A stretch of DNA of 64,000 nucleotides from an uncultured Chloroflexia bacterium (GCA_963813535.1 CAWEZH010000002.1:1472001-1536000); one strand, 5' to 3'; shown: positions 11,119 to 20,799, counted from the stretch's first letter. A program made the numbers and translations. The notes: generated by a model from the letters alone, not told the origin.

Positions 11119-12480
11119 CTAGCCGGACCTGGCGACCGAGGCCGTCGCGACGTCGACGGCCTCGGCGATCACCTCGGCGACACGCTGCATCTCGTCGTCG
11201 GTGATGACGAACGGCGGGCCGAGCAGGATCGTGTCGCCGTCGATGCCATCGGCATTGCCCGTCCCCATGTAGACCAGAACGCCCCGCTCGCGTGCCGCGC
11301 CGAGCACGGCCTCCGCGACACGGGCGGCCCGCGGGAACGGTCGTCGTGTCGAGCGGTCGTCAACGAACTCGACGCCGATCATCAGCCCCCGACCGCGGAT
11401 CTCCCCGACCGCCGGATGCTCCTCGAGGGCACCCGTGAGCAACGTCATCAGACGAACGCCCTTGGCGGCGCTTGCCTCGACCAGCTGCTCCTCGCGAAGG
11501 ATCCGGAGCACCTCGCCAGCGACCGTGGCGCCGACCACGGAGTGCGAATGCGTGAAGCCGTGCACGAACCCCTTTCCGGGCGCCATCACGGTGTCGAACA
11601 CGCCGCCGCTCGCCGCCGCGAATGCGAACGGCCAGTAGCCGCCCGTCGTCCCCTTGGCCGCGACGAGGATGTCTGCCCGGATCCCCCAGTGGTCGAGACC
11701 GAACCACCGGCCCGTCCGTCCGAACCCGGTCATGACTTCGTCCGCGATGAGCAGGACGCCGTGTCGCGCGCAGACCTCGGCGATGGCCGGCCAATAGTCG
11801 TCCGGCGGAACCACCGCCCCGAGCGTCGCCCCGACGATCGGCTCGGCGAGGAACGCGGCTACGCGACCGGGACCGGCCGCGCGGATCGCGGCGTCGAGCT
11901 CGGCGGCGAGCGCCTGCCCGTCGCCGATGGCGTGCGCGTCGGGATCGTCAGCCCGATAGGGATACGCCGCTGACACGTGCCGGAACCGGCCCAGCCACGG
12001 TTCATATGGCTTGCGCAGGGCTGGCCGTCCGCCCGCGTCGAGGGCACCCAGCGTGTTGCCGTGATAGCTCCCGTACCGCGAGATCAGCACGTCTCGGTCG
12101 GGCTCGTCGCGGGCCAGGTGGTAGACCCGGGCCAGCTTGAGCGCCGTCTCGATCGCCTCGGAGCCGCCGGAGACCGGGTAGATCGCCGGGTCGTCGACGG
12201 GCAGGACGTCGCCGACGGCGGCCGCGTACGCCTCGAGCGGCTCGGTGGTGAATGCGGAACCGTGGGCATAGGCGAGCCGACGGACCTGGTCGGCCATCAC
12301 GTCGGCGATGGACGCGCGCCCGTGCCCCACATTGACGACGATCGCGCCCCCTGCGGCATCGATGTACGTGCGCCCCTCGGAGTCATGGATGGTCGCTCCG
12401 CTCGACGACACAGCGACAGGCGGCTCAGCGAGGAGCGAGCGTCGGAAGACGCGGCCGCGGGCTCGGGGATGGTCGGTCAC
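11119..12480 (-). CDS. Class-III PLP aminotransferase
   Basis: YIDAAGG, SGGSEAIETALK, SYHGNT, AEPIVG, IADEVMTGFGRTG, AKG motifs; GTG start at 12480. Confidence 0.93.
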   Translation of the reverse strand: MTDHPRARGRVFRRSLLAEPPVAVSSSGATIHDSEGRTYIDAAGGAIVVNVGHGRASIADVMADQVRRLAYAHGSAFTTEPLEAYAAAVGDVLPVDDPAIYPVSGGSEAIETALKLARVYHLARDEPDRDVLISRYGSYHGNTLGALDAGGRPALRKPYEPWLGRFRHVSAAYPYRADDPDAHAIGDGQALAAELDAAIRAAGPGRVAAFLAEPIVGATLGAVVPPDDYWPAIAEVCARHGVLLIADEVMTGFGRTGRWFGLDHWGIRADILVAAKGTTGGYWPFAFAAASGGVFDTVMAPGKGFVHGFTHSHSVVGATVAGEVLRILREEQLVEASAAKGVRLMTLLTGALEEHPAVGEIRGRGLMIGVEFVDDRSTRRPFPRAARVAEAVLGAARERGVLVYMGTGNADGIDGDTILLGPPFVITDDEMQRVAEVIAEAVDVATASVARSG

Positions 12481-12512
12481 GCGCCGATCGTAGCGGGTCG
12501 ATGAGCGCCGGA

Positions 12513-12539
12513 GGGAACCAGGATGGGGTGCGCGGTGTA
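12513..12539 (+). promoter_or_regulatory. ECF-type promoter GGGAACC-N13-CGGTGTA (copy 1, upstream of ECF sigma)
   Basis: Identical motif and spacing recur at 14061 (+) and 21395 (-). Confidence 0.75.
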
Positions 12540-12549
12540 CGGGGTACGG

Positions 12550-13125
12550 TTGTCGTGGAGGGCCGTCCACATCGAAGACACCGAACTGATCGCGCGTGCC
12601 CGAGCCGGCGACGTCGCGGCGTACGAAGCCATCGTGCGCCGGTATCAGGACGTGGCCATCCGGACCGCGCACCTCATCTGCCCGGAGACCGATGCCGACG
12701 ATGCGGTCCAGGAAGCCTTCATCAAAGCGTTCGACGCCCTCCCCCGCTTTCGCGAGGGGTCGCCGATCCGCCCGTGGCTGCTGCGCATCGTCGCCAACGA
12801 GGCGCGCAACCGGCGTCGTTCGGCGGGTCGACGGCACGGGCTCGCCCTGCGCGCCGCGGATGCGATGCCACCCGCGCGGAGCACGCCCGGCCCGGAACAG
12901 ATCGTGATGGCCGCAGAGCAACGGACAGAACTCCTCGCGGCGCTCGCGACCCTGCGCGACGACGACCGCGAGGTCCTCGGCGCGCGCTTCCTGCTCGACC
13001 TGACCGAGGCCGAGACCGCGGAGACGCTCGGGATCCCGCGCGGGACCGTCAAGTCCAGGACGTCGCGTGCGCTCGGCCGCCTCCGCGAGGCGCTGGGGCC
13101 GGACGCGATGGGGTCCGACCGATGA
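12550..13125 (+). CDS. ECF RNA polymerase sigma factor (start uncertain)
   Basis: ARAGDVAAYEAIVRRY, DAVQEAFIKAF, WLLRIVAN, ETAETLGIPRGTVKSR motifs. Confidence 0.93.
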   Translation: MSWRAVHIEDTELIARARAGDVAAYEAIVRRYQDVAIRTAHLICPETDADDAVQEAFIKAFDALPRFREGSPIRPWLLRIVANEARNRRRSAGRRHGLALRAADAMPPARSTPGPEQIVMAAEQRTELLAALATLRDDDREVLGARFLLDLTEAETAETLGIPRGTVKSRTSRALGRLREALGPDAMGSDR

Positions 13126-14021
13126 CCGACCGATCGATCAGCCGCGACGACACGTCCCTCGAGGGTGCCCTGCGATCGCTGGCGGGCCAGATCGACTGGC
13201 CGCCGGCGGCGCCGTCGACCGCGGATGGCACGACGACGGGCCCCGACATCGCGACGCGCGTGCGCGTCCGCCTTGCGTCGGGCGAGCGTCGTCGATCCCG
13301 GCGGTGGTGGAGCGTCGGCGGACGACCGGTCCGGCGGTCGCTCATCCTCGCCATCGCGGCGCTGCTTGCGCTGGCGATCGTCGCCGGCGCCGTCGGGCTC
13401 AGACTGCCGGGGCTGCGGATCACGTTCGGTGAACCGCCGGCGTCGCTGCTCCCCTCGCCGGTCGCCACGGCCGTGCCGACCGGTGGAGCGACCTCGTCGC
13501 CATCGCCGACGCCCACCCCGACAGTTCCGCCGATCGCCGGCATGCGTCTGAGCCTCGGGCGCCAGGTCGAGCTCGACGAGGTCGAGGCCCTGACCGGGGT
13601 GCAGGTGCGGCTACCGACCGGGGAGCAGCTCGGACCCCCGGACAGCGTGTGGGTCGATCCGGCCAAGTCCGATCAGATCGCCTACGTGTGGAAGGCGGGG
13701 CCGAACCTGCCCGAGACCTCGGAACGAGGTGTCGGCCTGATCCTGATGCGCTTCGCCGGTCGGAGCGACGACGAGTTCTACCAGAAGGTGCTGAACACCG
13801 GCACGCAACTCCAGACCGTCAGGGTCGACGGCCACGACGGCTTCTGGATCTCGGGTGACATGCACTTCTTCTTCTACGAACGCCCCGAAGGCGGATACGT
13901 GGACGATGGTCGTCGCTGGGTCGGCGATTCCCTCGTCTGGTACGACGGCACCGCGACGTACCGCATCGAGAGCGCGCTCGGACGCGACGCCACGATCGCC
14001 CTGGCCGAGTCGCTCGACTAG
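13122..14021 (+). CDS. Putative membrane anti-sigma factor with DUF4367-like extracellular domain
   Basis: ATGA overlap with sigma; short cytoplasmic part, one TM, PT-rich linker, C-terminal V.VDG.DG.W...LVW.DG..YRIE...ALAESL. Confidence 0.7.
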   Translation: MTDRSISRDDTSLEGALRSLAGQIDWPPAAPSTADGTTTGPDIATRVRVRLASGERRRSRRWWSVGGRPVRRSLILAIAALLALAIVAGAVGLRLPGLRITFGEPPASLLPSPVATAVPTGGATSSPSPTPTPTVPPIAGMRLSLGRQVELDEVEALTGVQVRLPTGEQLGPPDSVWVDPAKSDQIAYVWKAGPNLPETSERGVGLILMRFAGRSDDEFYQKVLNTGTQLQTVRVDGHDGFWISGDMHFFFYERPEGGYVDDGRRWVGDSLVWYDGTATYRIESALGRDATIALAESLD

Positions 14022-14060
14022 CGGCCCGGCGCGGCGCGTCACGGGTCCGGAGCACCCGCA

Positions 14061-14087
14061 GGGAACCCGCCGGTGACCGGCGGTGTA
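14061..14087 (+). promoter_or_regulatory. ECF-type promoter GGGAACC-N13-CGGTGTA (copy 2)
   Basis: Ends 26 nt upstream of the lipoprotein ATG; AAGGAGG RBS follows. Confidence 0.75.
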
Positions 14088-14113
14088 TCAGGGCCGCAAG
14101 GAGGCTCTGTCAC

Positions 14114-15451
14114 ATGTCGTCGACACTATCGCGCCCACGCTGGCTGCTCGTGGTGCCCGTGCTCGCGCTCGCAGGTTGCTCGACGCCTGCCGCTTCTCCT
14201 GCGCCGACCCAGGGCGCGGCGAGCCCTGTTCCGAGCGCGACTCCGGCAGCGCAGGCCGGACCGGGTGACGCATGGCTGGTCGTGAGCGATATCAACGACC
14301 TCGACGTCCGGGTCACGCTCGACAGCACGCTCGAGGACATCTACGAGTTGCCGGTCGGCGTGCCGAACGAGACGTGGGGCTCGATCGTGACCGCGACGCC
14401 GGGCGAGCGCACGACCGTCATCGAGCGGCTCATCGTCCAACCCGGCTTCGACCGCTGGACCCAGGAGATCGACGGTCGCTGGATCCTGCCCACCGTCGGG
14501 CTCGACCCGATCCCGGTCGGCGTGTCGGCCGATCGCTCGATGATCGTGCTGGTCGAGGCGGACGCCGAGCATGGCGCCGCTGGCGCAGACCGCACCGTCA
14601 GCCGGTTCGCCGTGGTCGATGGGCGCCTTCCGCTTGCCCACGAGCCGCGGATCATCGAGTTGCGTGGTGCGTTCGATTTCGACGCCCTGTCACCCGATGG
14701 CACGCTGCTCTATGTCGCGGAGCAGGTTCGCGGACCGCTCGAGGCTCGCTACCAGGTGCGCGCCGTCGAGACCGCGACCGGCGTGATGCGCGACGGGATC
14801 ATCGTCGACAAGCGCAACATCGATGAGGAGATGGCCGGCTGGCCGGTCGACCAGCTGCGCCGGCCCGACGGCATGGTCATGACCTTGTACCGCGGAGCGG
14901 ACTATCCCTTCGTCCATGCGCTGTCGAGCGTCGAAGCGTGGGCGGTCTGCATCGATCTGCCGACCCACGGCTTCGATGATGTCGACGCTACCGACGACTG
15001 GGGCATCGTCAGCCTCGGCGCAGGCAAGGGCGATCTCGCCGTCAACGCCACCCTCGGGATCGTCGTCGACATCCATCCGAACGATCTCACCATCCGCCGG
15101 TCCGTCGACTTCGAGCCGTCCGCCGCCGCGGTGTTCCGGCTCGCCAAGTTCGGTCATGGCGAGCTCGGCCCGGCCGGTCGCCGGGTGATCGCCGCACCCG
15201 ACGGTGCGAGTGTCTTCGCGGCCGGCGACGGCGGCGTGGTCCGGATCGGTACCGCCGACCTCGACGTCCAGCAGCGCTACCTGACGGGGACCTCGGTCGA
15301 AGGGCTGGCCTTGACGCCGGACGGCGCGACCCTGTTCGCACTGACCACGACTGGTGGCCGGATCGCCCGGCTCGACGCCGCCACGGGCGAGGTGGACGGC
15401 TGGGTCGGCGACGGCGGGTTCGACCGCCTGCTCGGCGCGTTGCCCTGGTAG
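14114..15451 (+). CDS. Lipoprotein with YncE/YVTN-like beta-propeller
   Basis: Lipobox LALAGC; repeated blades VSADRS, LSPDGTLLYV, AAPDGASVF, LTPDGATLF. Confidence 0.75.
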   Translation: MSSTLSRPRWLLVVPVLALAGCSTPAASPAPTQGAASPVPSATPAAQAGPGDAWLVVSDINDLDVRVTLDSTLEDIYELPVGVPNETWGSIVTATPGERTTVIERLIVQPGFDRWTQEIDGRWILPTVGLDPIPVGVSADRSMIVLVEADAEHGAAGADRTVSRFAVVDGRLPLAHEPRIIELRGAFDFDALSPDGTLLYVAEQVRGPLEARYQVRAVETATGVMRDGIIVDKRNIDEEMAGWPVDQLRRPDGMVMTLYRGADYPFVHALSSVEAWAVCIDLPTHGFDDVDATDDWGIVSLGAGKGDLAVNATLGIVVDIHPNDLTIRRSVDFEPSAAAVFRLAKFGHGELGPAGRRVIAAPDGASVFAAGDGGVVRIGTADLDVQQRYLTGTSVEGLALTPDGATLFALTTTGGRIARLDAATGEVDGWVGDGGFDRLLGALPW

Positions 15452-15465
15452 CTCGGGAGGATCCC

Positions 15466-15493
15466 TCTCAGCGCGCTCTCAGGGTTCTCTGAG
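15466..15493 (+). promoter_or_regulatory. OmpR/MprA-type direct repeats TCTCAG-N5-TCTCAG-N5-TCTGAG
   Basis: Three hexamers with 11-bp period upstream of the YceI gene. Confidence 0.6.
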
Positions 15494-15545
15494 ACTCTTC
15501 GGGTCGACGGCGTAGGACCGCGCCGCTTCCCCGGAGGCCTCATTC

Positions 15546-16301
15546 GTGACCCGATCCCGGACCATCGCGCTCGCCGTACTGGCCGTCGCCGCGCTGGCGG
15601 TCGGTGGCTACATCGCCTACGACCAGGTACTCCGCGGTGACGACGTCGCCGCGCTCGCGCTGCCGTCGGCGACCGCACCCGGGGCGGCAACGTCGTCGGC
15701 ACCGGCCGCGACCGCGGACGCAGCAGCTTCGTCGAGCGAGCCAGCGTCCGAGTCGGGCATCGACGGCGAGTGGACCGTCACCGACGGCAGCGTCGCCGGT
15801 TATCGCGTGCGCGAGCAGCTCGCGAATCTCCCCGCCGAGTCTGATGCGATCGGACGGACATCCGCCGTGACCGGGTCGATCACGGTCGCGGCGGAGGGCG
15901 AGGGCGCCCGCCTGACCGCCGGCACGCTGACGGTCGACACGACCACGATCGAGTCCGACGAGGGTCGTCGTGACAACCGGCTTCGCAGCGAGGGTCTGCA
16001 GACCGACCAGTTCCCGACTGCGACGTTCACGGTGACCGCGCCTGTCGACGTGCCGGCGGCCGTCCTGTCCGGCACGGCCACCGACATCACCCTGGTCGGC
16101 GAGCTGACGCTCCATGGTGTGACCGAGAGCGTGGAGATCCCGGCGCAGGCGCAGTTCGCGGATGGAGCCGTGCAGGTCGCCGGATCGCTGACGTTCCCGC
16201 TGTCCGACTTCGACATCACGGCGCCGAACGTCGGCGGGTTCATCATCTCGATCGCCGACGAGGGCACCCTCGAGTTCCTGGTGGTGTTCGAGAAGGTCTG
16301 A
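15546..16301 (+). CDS. YceI family lipid/polyisoprenoid-binding protein, membrane anchored
   Basis: GYRVRE, RRDNRLR, TDQFPTATF, GELTLHGVT motifs; N-terminal TM. Confidence 0.9.
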   Translation: MTRSRTIALAVLAVAALAVGGYIAYDQVLRGDDVAALALPSATAPGAATSSAPAATADAAASSSEPASESGIDGEWTVTDGSVAGYRVREQLANLPAESDAIGRTSAVTGSITVAAEGEGARLTAGTLTVDTTTIESDEGRRDNRLRSEGLQTDQFPTATFTVTAPVDVPAAVLSGTATDITLVGELTLHGVTESVEIPAQAQFADGAVQVAGSLTFPLSDFDITAPNVGGFIISIADEGTLEFLVVFEKV

Positions 16302-16326
16302 CGATCGGCTTTCGCGGGTTCGACCT

Positions 16327-17115
16327 CTATTTGGTGTAGGCCCCTCCGGGATCGAGTTCCTCGCGGATCAGGCGAAGCTCATCGGGGGTCGGCGGCGGCG
16401 TGGTCGCGACATCGTCAACGACTTTGACCTCCCAGCCGATCGTCGAGCGGACGGCGTCGAGCGTCGCGCCGGGATGGAGTGACACCAGTCGCATCTCACC
16501 GGTCTCGTCGAAGTCGTAGATGCCGAGGTCGGTCACGACCACCGACGGCCCTCGGCCGAGCCAGCCGCCTTCGCGTCGGATCCGTTCCGCCTGCTCGGCG
16601 CCACCGAGGTTGCCGGGCGACGTCCGAAAGTCGATGGTCTCGACGAACGAGCGGGCCGACTGGCGCATGATCACGAAGACCTCACGAGCGTTGATGGCGA
16701 TCTCGCACGCCCCGCCGCTGCCGGGCAGCCTGGTCTTCGGGTGGTCGTACGGCCCGATCACCGTCGTGTTGATGTTGCCGAACCGGTCGATCTGTGCGGC
16801 GCCCAGGAACCCGACGTCGATCAGGCCGCCCTGGAGGTAGTAGCCGAACAACTCGAGCATGCTGACGACGGCCGTCGAGCCGGTCACGATCGTCGGGTCG
16901 CCGATGCTGAGGGGCAGGCGCTGCGGCCGCGCTCCGAACACACCAGCTTCGTAGACGAGCTCGAGATCCGGCGCGACAGTCCGCTGGGCGAGGTTCACCG
17001 CGATGTTCGGCAGACCCACGCCGACGAAACACACGTGCTGGCCCTCGAGGGCGCGGGCAGCCGCCACGATCATCATCTCGGAGCTCGAGAAGGCGGTCTC
17101 CGTCCCGCTCGTCAC
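16327..17115 (-). CDS. CoA-transferase beta subunit (glutaconate/3-oxoadipate family I)
   Basis: FVGVGLP, LVYEAG, GFLGAAQIDRFGNINTT, RLPGSGGA motifs. Confidence 0.92.
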   Translation of the reverse strand: MTSGTETAFSSSEMMIVAAARALEGQHVCFVGVGLPNIAVNLAQRTVAPDLELVYEAGVFGARPQRLPLSIGDPTIVTGSTAVVSMLELFGYYLQGGLIDVGFLGAAQIDRFGNINTTVIGPYDHPKTRLPGSGGACEIAINAREVFVIMRQSARSFVETIDFRTSPGNLGGAEQAERIRREGGWLGRGPSVVVTDLGIYDFDETGEMRLVSLHPGATLDAVRSTIGWEVKVVDDVATTPPPTPDELRLIREELDPGGAYTK

Positions 17116-17471
17116 GGCACGTCCTCGATCGAGGTGAAGACCGTCTTGCCGAGCCGGCGAGCCGCATCGACCATCCGATCGGCACCCTCCGACGGACCAC
17201 CGATACGCAGGCACGCGTCGCACCGCGCGAGGACGCGCTCGGCGACCGGGTGGAAGATCTCGTCGAACGGATCGCCTCCCGCGTCGTCGCGCTCCGCCTG
17301 CTCGATGAGTGGCAGCGCGAACCATTCGCCCATGACCGGCAGGTGGCCGCGCCGATAGAGGTCGAGCGAGACGCGGGACATCGCCTCGACATTCGCCGCG
17401 ATCCGGTCCGGGTCCCCGCCCGTCCCCGACCGGTATGGTCCGGCAACGAGGATCATCAACGGCTCGCTCAT
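17112..17471 (-). CDS. DUF4406 / nucleoside 2-deoxyribosyltransferase-like small protein
   Basis: ILVAGPYRSGT, GHLPVMGEW, CDACLRIGGPSEGAD motifs. Confidence 0.75.
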   Translation of the reverse strand: MSEPLMILVAGPYRSGTGGDPDRIAANVEAMSRVSLDLYRRGHLPVMGEWFALPLIEQAERDDAGGDPFDEIFHPVAERVLARCDACLRIGGPSEGADRMVDAARRLGKTVFTSIEDVP

Positions 17472-18394
17472 CGGTACGTCCCGTAGTCGACCGAGCCCGA
17501 CGGTGCGGGTTCGCTCGGACGCAGGGCGGCTATCCGCTCGGCGCCCAGCTTCTCGACATAGGCGGCCCGACCGTCGAGGTCGTAGACCCACTCACGCAGC
17601 CAGGCCTGGACGGCTTCCTCGTCACGGGTGATCGGGTCCCAATCGAGGTAGAACCGGTTATCCCGGTCGTAGGCGCCCTGGACGTACGAGGGATGAGCGC
17701 CCCACGGCTCGACCACGACCGCGTCGACGATGAGGCCAGGGATGATCGTCCGGTTCGGGTCGGCTCGGATGACCTCCTCCGAGACCAGCTCCTCGACCAC
17801 CACGATCACCCGGTCGGCGGCGAAGGCGACCTCCTTCTGACAGCCGAGCAGACCCCACACCTGGGTGTCGCCGACGGCCGACGCCCGCTGCGCGTGGACG
17901 ATGGCGACGTCCGGCTTGAGCGGTGGCACCGCGTACACCGTGCCGTCGCCGTAGGGCGACTGGATCGGCCGAATCCGCGGGTTCGCCACAGGCAGGTCGG
18001 TCTCGAAATACGAGCGGACGGGGAAGAACGGCAGGTTCATCGCCCCGGCCGTGTAGCGGCCGACCATCCCGAAGTGGCTGTATTCCTCGATCGCCAGGGG
18101 CTGATCGGGGATGTCGCCCTCGATCCGGCGGCGGATGGCTCCCAGACCACCCACACCCGGGTTGCCGAGCCAGCTGAATACGAGCTTCGACGCGACACCG
18201 CCGGCGATCATCTGGTCGTAGATCACGTCGGGCGTCAGTCGCGCGAGCGTCAGGTCGCGCTTGCGCTGGCGGATGATCTCGTGGCCGGCGGCAAAGCCGA
18301 TGAGGTGCGTGAACCCCTCGATCGCCACGCTGTCCCCGTCCTTGACGAGGTCGGCCACGGCGTCAAGCATCGACGCCGTCTTGTCGGTACTCAC
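17468..18394 (-). CDS. CoA-transferase alpha subunit
   Basis: EGFTHLI, HEIIRQ, WLGNPGVG, PDVAIVHAQRA, PWGAHPSY motifs. Confidence 0.92.
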   Translation of the reverse strand: MSTDKTASMLDAVADLVKDGDSVAIEGFTHLIGFAAGHEIIRQRKRDLTLARLTPDVIYDQMIAGGVASKLVFSWLGNPGVGGLGAIRRRIEGDIPDQPLAIEEYSHFGMVGRYTAGAMNLPFFPVRSYFETDLPVANPRIRPIQSPYGDGTVYAVPPLKPDVAIVHAQRASAVGDTQVWGLLGCQKEVAFAADRVIVVVEELVSEEVIRADPNRTIIPGLIVDAVVVEPWGAHPSYVQGAYDRDNRFYLDWDPITRDEEAVQAWLREWVYDLDGRAAYVEKLGAERIAALRPSEPAPSGSVDYGTYR

Positions 18395-18441
18395 CGGGCG
18401 ATGATGACAGCCCGCGACGCGCACCGGCTGAGGAGGGATCG

Positions 18442-19326
18442 ATGACGGAGACCACGGCAGCGCCCCAGATCGATGCTGCGGGCAAGCCCCCGCACGGCAA
18501 TGCCTACAACATCCTCATCCTGGTCCTGACCGTCTTCTCGCTGGCGGTGATGGTGCTGCTCATTCTGCCGCTCGGCGAGGCGACGCTCGAGGTGCTGCGG
18601 TTCTACGACAACGCGATCTGCGTCGTGTTCCTGATCGACTTCGCCGTCAACCTCCTGAGGGCTCGGTCGAAGCGCGGATACTTCATCGGCGATCGCGGCT
18701 GGCTCGACCTCATCGGATCGATCCCGAGCTTCGGCTTCTTTCCCGCCGCCGGGCTGTTCCGGATCGCTCGACTGAGTCGGTTCGCGCGGATCACCCGTCT
18801 GCTCCGCGGCAACAACCGGGGTCAGCTCGTCCAGGACATCCTTCGCAACCGCGGGCAGTACGCCGTTCTGATCACCATCCTCTCCGGGTTCGTCGTCCTG
18901 TCGGTGTCGACGGTGCTGATGGTCCAGTTCGAGAGCCGGTCGGCGGATGCCAACATCACCACGGGCGGCGATGCGCTGTGGTGGGGCTTCACGACGATCA
19001 CCACTGTCGGATACGGCGATCAGTTCCCTGTGACCCCGCTGGGCCGCGCGACGGCCGTGCTGGTCATGTTCGCCGGCGTCGGGATCATCGGGTCCCTTGC
19101 CAGCATCCTGGCGAGCTTCCTCGTGCCGCCACCGGACACCGACGACGCCGGTGAGCCCGAGCACGCCCCGGCGGCCGGTGATGCCGGCGCTCGGGACGGC
19201 CTCTTCGACGAGTTGTCGGCGATCAGGGCTGAGCTCGCCGAGATGCGGTCGCTGATGGGCGGTGGCGGGATGACCGGATCCGCGGGAAGCGGAGCGGCCG
19301 CGCCGAGTCCGGGGAGGGAGGCCTGA
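18442..19326 (+). CDS. Voltage-gated (6TM) potassium channel
   Basis: S4 RIARLSRFARITRLLR; pore DALWW...TTVGYGD; C-terminal coiled segment. Confidence 0.93.
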   Translation: MTETTAAPQIDAAGKPPHGNAYNILILVLTVFSLAVMVLLILPLGEATLEVLRFYDNAICVVFLIDFAVNLLRARSKRGYFIGDRGWLDLIGSIPSFGFFPAAGLFRIARLSRFARITRLLRGNNRGQLVQDILRNRGQYAVLITILSGFVVLSVSTVLMVQFESRSADANITTGGDALWWGFTTITTVGYGDQFPVTPLGRATAVLVMFAGVGIIGSLASILASFLVPPPDTDDAGEPEHAPAAGDAGARDGLFDELSAIRAELAEMRSLMGGGGMTGSAGSGAAAPSPGREA

Positions 19327-19333
19327 GGGACGG

Positions 19334-20695
19334 CTAACCGCCTGCTTCCACCCCACTGACAGCACCGGCGTCGCTCGCGGATTCGAGCACGCCGCGGCCA
19401 TCGCCGGCGACCTCGGCGACCGCCTCGCCGAAGATCCGCAGCGCCGTCGCCATCTCGCCCTCGCTCACCGTCAGCGGCGGCGACATGCGCACGCTCGAGA
19501 CACCGCACTCGAGGACCAGCAGGCCGCGCTGGAAGCAGGCCCACTGGGCCGCCTCCGCGTGGTCGATCGTGTCGAACTCCACCCCGAGCATGAGGCCCTT
19601 GCCGCGGACATCGCGGATCAGCCCGTCGAACCGATCGGCGAGCGGACGGAGACCGGCCAGCGCCTGCTCGCCGCGCGTCGCCGCATTGGCGATCAACCCA
19701 CCCTCCAGCAGGTCGATGGTCACGAGGCCGGCGGCGCAGGACACGGGGTTGCCACCGAAGGTCGAGCCGTGGCTCCCCGGACCCCACGCCTCCATCAGAT
19801 CAGCCCGCGCGATCATCGCGCCGAGCGGCATGCCACTGGCGATCCCCTTCGCGGTCAACAGGATGTCCGGTTTCACGCCCCAATGCTCGACGGCCCACAT
19901 CCGTCCGGTCCGACCCGCACCTGACTGGATCTCGTCGGCGATCAGCAGGATGCCGTGGCGATCGCAGATCGCGCGAAGGCCCTCCAGGAAGCCATCCTCG
20001 GGGACGATATAGCCGCCTTCGCCCTGGATCGGCTCGACGATGATCGCCGCCACCTCGTCGGAGGGCGCGAGCTTGTCGAACAGGACCTCGTCGAACCAGC
20101 GCAGGTCCTCGACCCGCCCGAACGGCGCGTGGAGGACGCCGGGCAGCAGCGGTCCGAAGCCGGCGTGGTACTTGGCCTTCGATGCGGTGAGCGACACCGC
20201 GCCGTACGTTCGTCCGTGGAAGGCGCCGAGGAACGCGACGACATACGGCCGCTTTGTGGCGCGACGGGCGAGTTTGATGGCGGCCTCGACCGCCTCAGCC
20301 CCGGAGTTGCCTAGGTATGCCCGAGCCGGCCCGTCGATCGGGGCGCTCTCCGCGAGTCGACGGCACAGCTCCGGATAGATGGGCAGGTAGAAATCGGCCG
20401 CCGAGAAGTGGATGAGCTCCGCCGCCTGCTCCTTGATCGCCGCGACGACCTGCGGATGAGCGTGACCGGTCGAGTTGACCGCGATGCCTGCCGCGAAATC
20501 CAGGAACAGATTGCCGTCGATGTCCTCGACGGTCAGACCTTCGCCGCGGACCGGGACCATGGGGTAGGCGCGCGGCAGGCTGGGCGACGTCCACGCCTCG
20601 TCGAACTGGACGTGGGCCCGGGCCTTCGGGCCCGGCAGCTCAGTGACGATGTGCGGGACGGGGCGCTCACCGCTGATCCGCGCTCGACTGGACAA
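19334..20695 (-). CDS. Class-III aminotransferase (4-aminobutyrate/acetylornithine-like)
   Basis: LDFAAGIAV, NSGAEAVEAAIK, FHGRT, EPIQGEGG, ADEIQSG, AKGIASG, STFGGNP motifs. Confidence 0.93.
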   Translation of the reverse strand: MSSRARISGERPVPHIVTELPGPKARAHVQFDEAWTSPSLPRAYPMVPVRGEGLTVEDIDGNLFLDFAAGIAVNSTGHAHPQVVAAIKEQAAELIHFSAADFYLPIYPELCRRLAESAPIDGPARAYLGNSGAEAVEAAIKLARRATKRPYVVAFLGAFHGRTYGAVSLTASKAKYHAGFGPLLPGVLHAPFGRVEDLRWFDEVLFDKLAPSDEVAAIIVEPIQGEGGYIVPEDGFLEGLRAICDRHGILLIADEIQSGAGRTGRMWAVEHWGVKPDILLTAKGIASGMPLGAMIARADLMEAWGPGSHGSTFGGNPVSCAAGLVTIDLLEGGLIANAATRGEQALAGLRPLADRFDGLIRDVRGKGLMLGVEFDTIDHAEAAQWACFQRGLLVLECGVSSVRMSPPLTVSEGEMATALRIFGEAVAEVAGDGRGVLESASDAGAVSGVEAGG

Positions 20696-20725
20696 CGCTC
20701 ACCTCGACTCGGCGGACGGGTTCGA

Positions 20726-20769
20726 CTGCATACGGGATATGCAGACTGGATACTCGCGGCGGAGTATAC
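20726..20769 (-). promoter_or_regulatory. -10 TATACT with downstream palindrome CTGCATA-N5-TATGCAG (GntR/FCD-like operator)
   Basis: Perfect 7-bp arms at 20726-20744; TATACT at 20768-20763, upstream of the aminotransferase. Confidence 0.6.
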
Positions 20770-20799
20770 CGAGCGGTCCGGGGCGCGGGTCCCGCCGGT

